Assembly (NCBI RefSeq): GCF_008727195.1
Contig: NZ_CP044148.1
DNA: 24,000 nt
From: Escherichia coli O157
GTDB lineage: Bacteria > Pseudomonadota > Gammaproteobacteria > Enterobacterales > Enterobacteriaceae
Reading direction: 5' to 3' (one strand)
The notes under the pieces were generated by a model, which worked only from the letters and a program-made list of their open reading frames with translations, was not told the DNA's origin and did no database searches. Position numbers and translations under genes: made by a program. Shown here piece after piece: positions 21,785 through 24,000 of the stretch (positions within the stretch are counted from its first letter, which is position 1; the number at the start of each line of letters is the position of its first letter).

Positions 21785-22642
21785 CTATTTTCTTGAAAGG
21801 AAAATTCTCAGCGCCTGCATTTTTGCCCCTAAAGTGTTACTCCTGAAGCAGCGAAACAAATCGAACCATTTTCCTCTCCCCAGATAGTTTAGGTTGAAGA
21901 GATCGGGGCGTTTGTAATAGCACATGACAAAAATGCCCTGGTCATCATCCACAATGTTATTATTTAGTGTTATTTTTTGACTTTCCAGAACTAATTTATA
22001 GAATTCTTTCCATTTATGCTGTGAACCAACAATTGCGCCCCCAATAATATATACATGATTGCCAATCATGAAATCAAAAACCTGTTGTTGAGATGTGACA
22101 GTAAGCCCTTTTTTTATAGTGAAAAGATGCATCTTACTTTCATCAAATGGGAAATCCCAAATTTTCAATCCTCGAGTTACATTTGGCTTACGGCAATAGC
22201 CAAAATCTATCCACGCAACAAGAGGCGTTTTCACTAAGCCCATGTTGATAGCTTTATTTACAAAATAGGCCTTAAGGTTACATACCAAAACATACTCTGG
22301 TGACCAGTACTCTGGGTTTTTTAATTGTCGAGGCTCAAGTCTATTTGTAAACGACTCATCTTTTTGAATTTTTTCGATACGACTTCTGATATATCTAAAT
22401 TTCTTTTTTATATCGATAACGATAACCGTTGTTGGTTTTCCGTTGCGAATCGCTTCAACCCTTGGTTTCAAATCGGGAGAAGTGAAAATAATCATCTCAT
22501 TTTCAAGTGCGGCCAGACGCTCAAAGTAACTAAAATAAACATCAACTGAACGAGCTAGTTTTTCACGGAACCCTTTATTAGCAGTCCAATCCCCTCTACC
22601 AATGTCAAAATATGCAGTGATAATTGTGGTGGATGATTTCAT
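21785..22642 (-). CDS. htrL: HtrL/YibB family protein (glycosyltransferase-like)
   Basis: 285 aa from MKSSTTIITAYFDIGRGDWTANKGF; conserved position between kbl and hldD. Track start 22657 adds 5 aa. Confidence 0.85.
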   Translation of the reverse strand: MKSSTTIITAYFDIGRGDWTANKGFREKLARSVDVYFSYFERLAALENEMIIFTSPDLKPRVEAIRNGKPTTVIVIDIKKKFRYIRSRIEKIQKDESFTNRLEPRQLKNPEYWSPEYVLVCNLKAYFVNKAINMGLVKTPLVAWIDFGYCRKPNVTRGLKIWDFPFDESKMHLFTIKKGLTVTSQQQVFDFMIGNHVYIIGGAIVGSQHKWKEFYKLVLESQKITLNNNIVDDDQGIFVMCYYKRPDLFNLNYLGRGKWFDLFRCFRSNTLGAKMQALRIFLSRK

Positions 22643-22892
22643 TACTAATAAGACCATTAATATAAAAAAAGAATTATATCATAAATATTAACAGAATGTA
22701 TACTGTATATTATCCATTCAAATGCTTCCGTTATTTATCATACATCGGAATATTGATACTAAAGCACTATTCACATGCAAAACCAACATCCGCCATGAAG
22801 GACTAGCTAAAACCCAAACTAGTTTGTTGCAATTAGCATCCTTGCACCTCTATGTAAAGGGCTGAAGGGATTCGGATGTGATGGTATGATTA

Positions 22893-22908
22893 CAGACATT
22901 CGTGTCTG
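22893..22908 (+). other. Small UUCG-loop hairpin in the hldD leader
   Basis: CAGACA ttcg TGTCTG, 37 nt upstream of hldD ATG 22946. Confidence 0.4.
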
Positions 22909-22945
22909 AGATTGTCTCTGACTCCATAATTCGAAGGTTACAGTT

Positions 22946-23878
22946 ATGATCATCGTTACCGGCGGCGCGGGCTTTATCGGCAGCAACATCGTTAAAGCCC
23001 TGAATGATAAAGGCATCACCGATATTCTGGTGGTGGACAACCTGAAAGACGGCACCAAGTTTGTGAACCTGGTGGATCTGAATATCGCAGACTATATGGA
23101 TAAGGAAGACTTCCTGATCCAGATTATGGCTGGCGAAGAGTTCGGCGATGTCGAAGCGATTTTCCACGAAGGCGCGTGCTCTTCCACCACCGAGTGGGAC
23201 GGCAAGTATATGATGGATAACAACTATCAATACTCCAGGGAGCTGCTGCACTACTGCCTGGAGCGTGAAATCCCGTTCCTGTACGCTTCTTCCGCAGCCA
23301 CCTACGGCGGACGCACCTCCGACTTTATTGAATCCCGCGAGTACGAAAAACCGTTGAACGTCTACGGTTACTCAAAATTCCTGTTTGATGAATATGTTCG
23401 CCAAATCCTGCCGGAAGCGAACTCGCAGATTGTTGGCTTCCGCTATTTCAACGTTTATGGACCGCGTGAAGGCCATAAAGGCAGCATGGCGAGCGTCGCT
23501 TTCCATCTCAACACCCAGCTTAATAACGGTGAATCACCGAAGCTGTTCGAAGGTAGCGAGAACTTTAAACGCGACTTCGTCTATGTTGGCGATGTGGCAG
23601 ATGTAAACCTGTGGTTCCTGGAAAATGGCGTTTCCGGCATCTTCAACCTCGGCACCGGTCGTGCGGAATCCTTCCAGGCTGTAGCTGATGCTACGCTGGC
23701 TTATCACAAGAAAGGCCAGATCGAATACATTCCGTTCCCGGATAAGCTGAAAGGCCGCTACCAGGCGTTCACTCAGGCAGATCTGACAAATCTGCGCGCG
23801 GCGGGTTACGACAAACCGTTCAAAACCGTTGCTGAAGGTGTAACGGAATACATGGCCTGGCTGAATCGCGACGCATAA
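22946..23878 (+). CDS. hldD: ADP-L-glycero-D-manno-heptose-6-epimerase HldD (RfaD)
   Basis: 310 aa SDR: [28 protein letters not shown] motif. Confidence 0.97.
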   Translation: MIIVTGGAGFIGSNIVKALNDKGITDILVVDNLKDGTKFVNLVDLNIADYMDKEDFLIQIMAGEEFGDVEAIFHEGACSSTTEWDGKYMMDNNYQYSRELLHYCLEREIPFLYASSAATYGGRTSDFIESREYEKPLNVYGYSKFLFDEYVRQILPEANSQIVGFRYFNVYGPREGHKGSMASVAFHLNTQLNNGESPKLFEGSENFKRDFVYVGDVADVNLWFLENGVSGIFNLGTGRAESFQAVADATLAYHKKGQIEYIPFPDKLKGRYQAFTQADLTNLRAAGYDKPFKTVAEGVTEYMAWLNRDA

Positions 23879-23887
23879 GAGCTCTGC

Positions 23888-24000
23888 ATGAAAATACTGG
23901 TGATCGGCCCGTCTTGGGTTGGCGACATGATGATGTCGCAAAGTCTCTATCGCACGCTCCAGGCGCGCTATCCCCAGGCGATAATCGATGTGATGGCACC
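23888..24000 (+). CDS. waaF: ADP-heptose:LPS heptosyltransferase II WaaF (RfaF), 5' fragment running off the window
   Basis: ATG 23888: MKILVIGPSWVGDMMMSQSLYRTLQARYPQAIIDVMAP; immediately follows hldD. Confidence 0.93.
   Translation, partial: MKILVIGPSWVGDMMMSQSLYRTLQARYPQAIIDVMA

Noticed and set aside
22850-23251. Minus-strand 133-aa ORF and other shadow ORFs opposite hldD, gpmM, lldD, kbl and tdh
   Set aside because: All lie antisense to confidently identified conserved genes and show no recognisable protein features.
1-24000. Prophage, transposase, CRISPR, toxin-antitoxin, retron or defence island
   Set aside because: No transposase, integrase, reverse transcriptase, Cas, toxin/antitoxin or tRNA-associated boundary was recognised. 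All genes outside the adhesin locus match standard E. coli synteny.

Overview
This window reads almost entirely as Escherichia coli-type core chromosome. The gene order is [adhesin locus] - lldP-lldR-lldD - trmL - cysE/gpsA/secB/grxC/yibN (minus strand) - gpmM-envC-yibQ - waaH(yibD) - tdh-kbl - htrL(yibB) - hldD(rfaD)-waaF (partial). I did not find a credible new defence, mobile or RNA system. The most interesting part is the accessory adhesin locus at the left end (about 500-6000). It is a two-gene SadB/SadA-like locus: a small lipoprotein followed by a UpaG/EhaG-type trimeric autotransporter. Both genes appear broken. The lipoprotein has an in-frame amber TAG at codon 3, directly ahead of an intact lipobox signal peptide. 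The adhesin has a 1-nt loss at a G tract (3749-3753) that splits a 1588-aa reading frame into two. A third lesion is a +1 change in a 7-nt A/T homopolymer that alters the C-terminus of WaaH. Two of the three lesions are homopolymer length changes, so sequencing error must be excluded before any biological reading.
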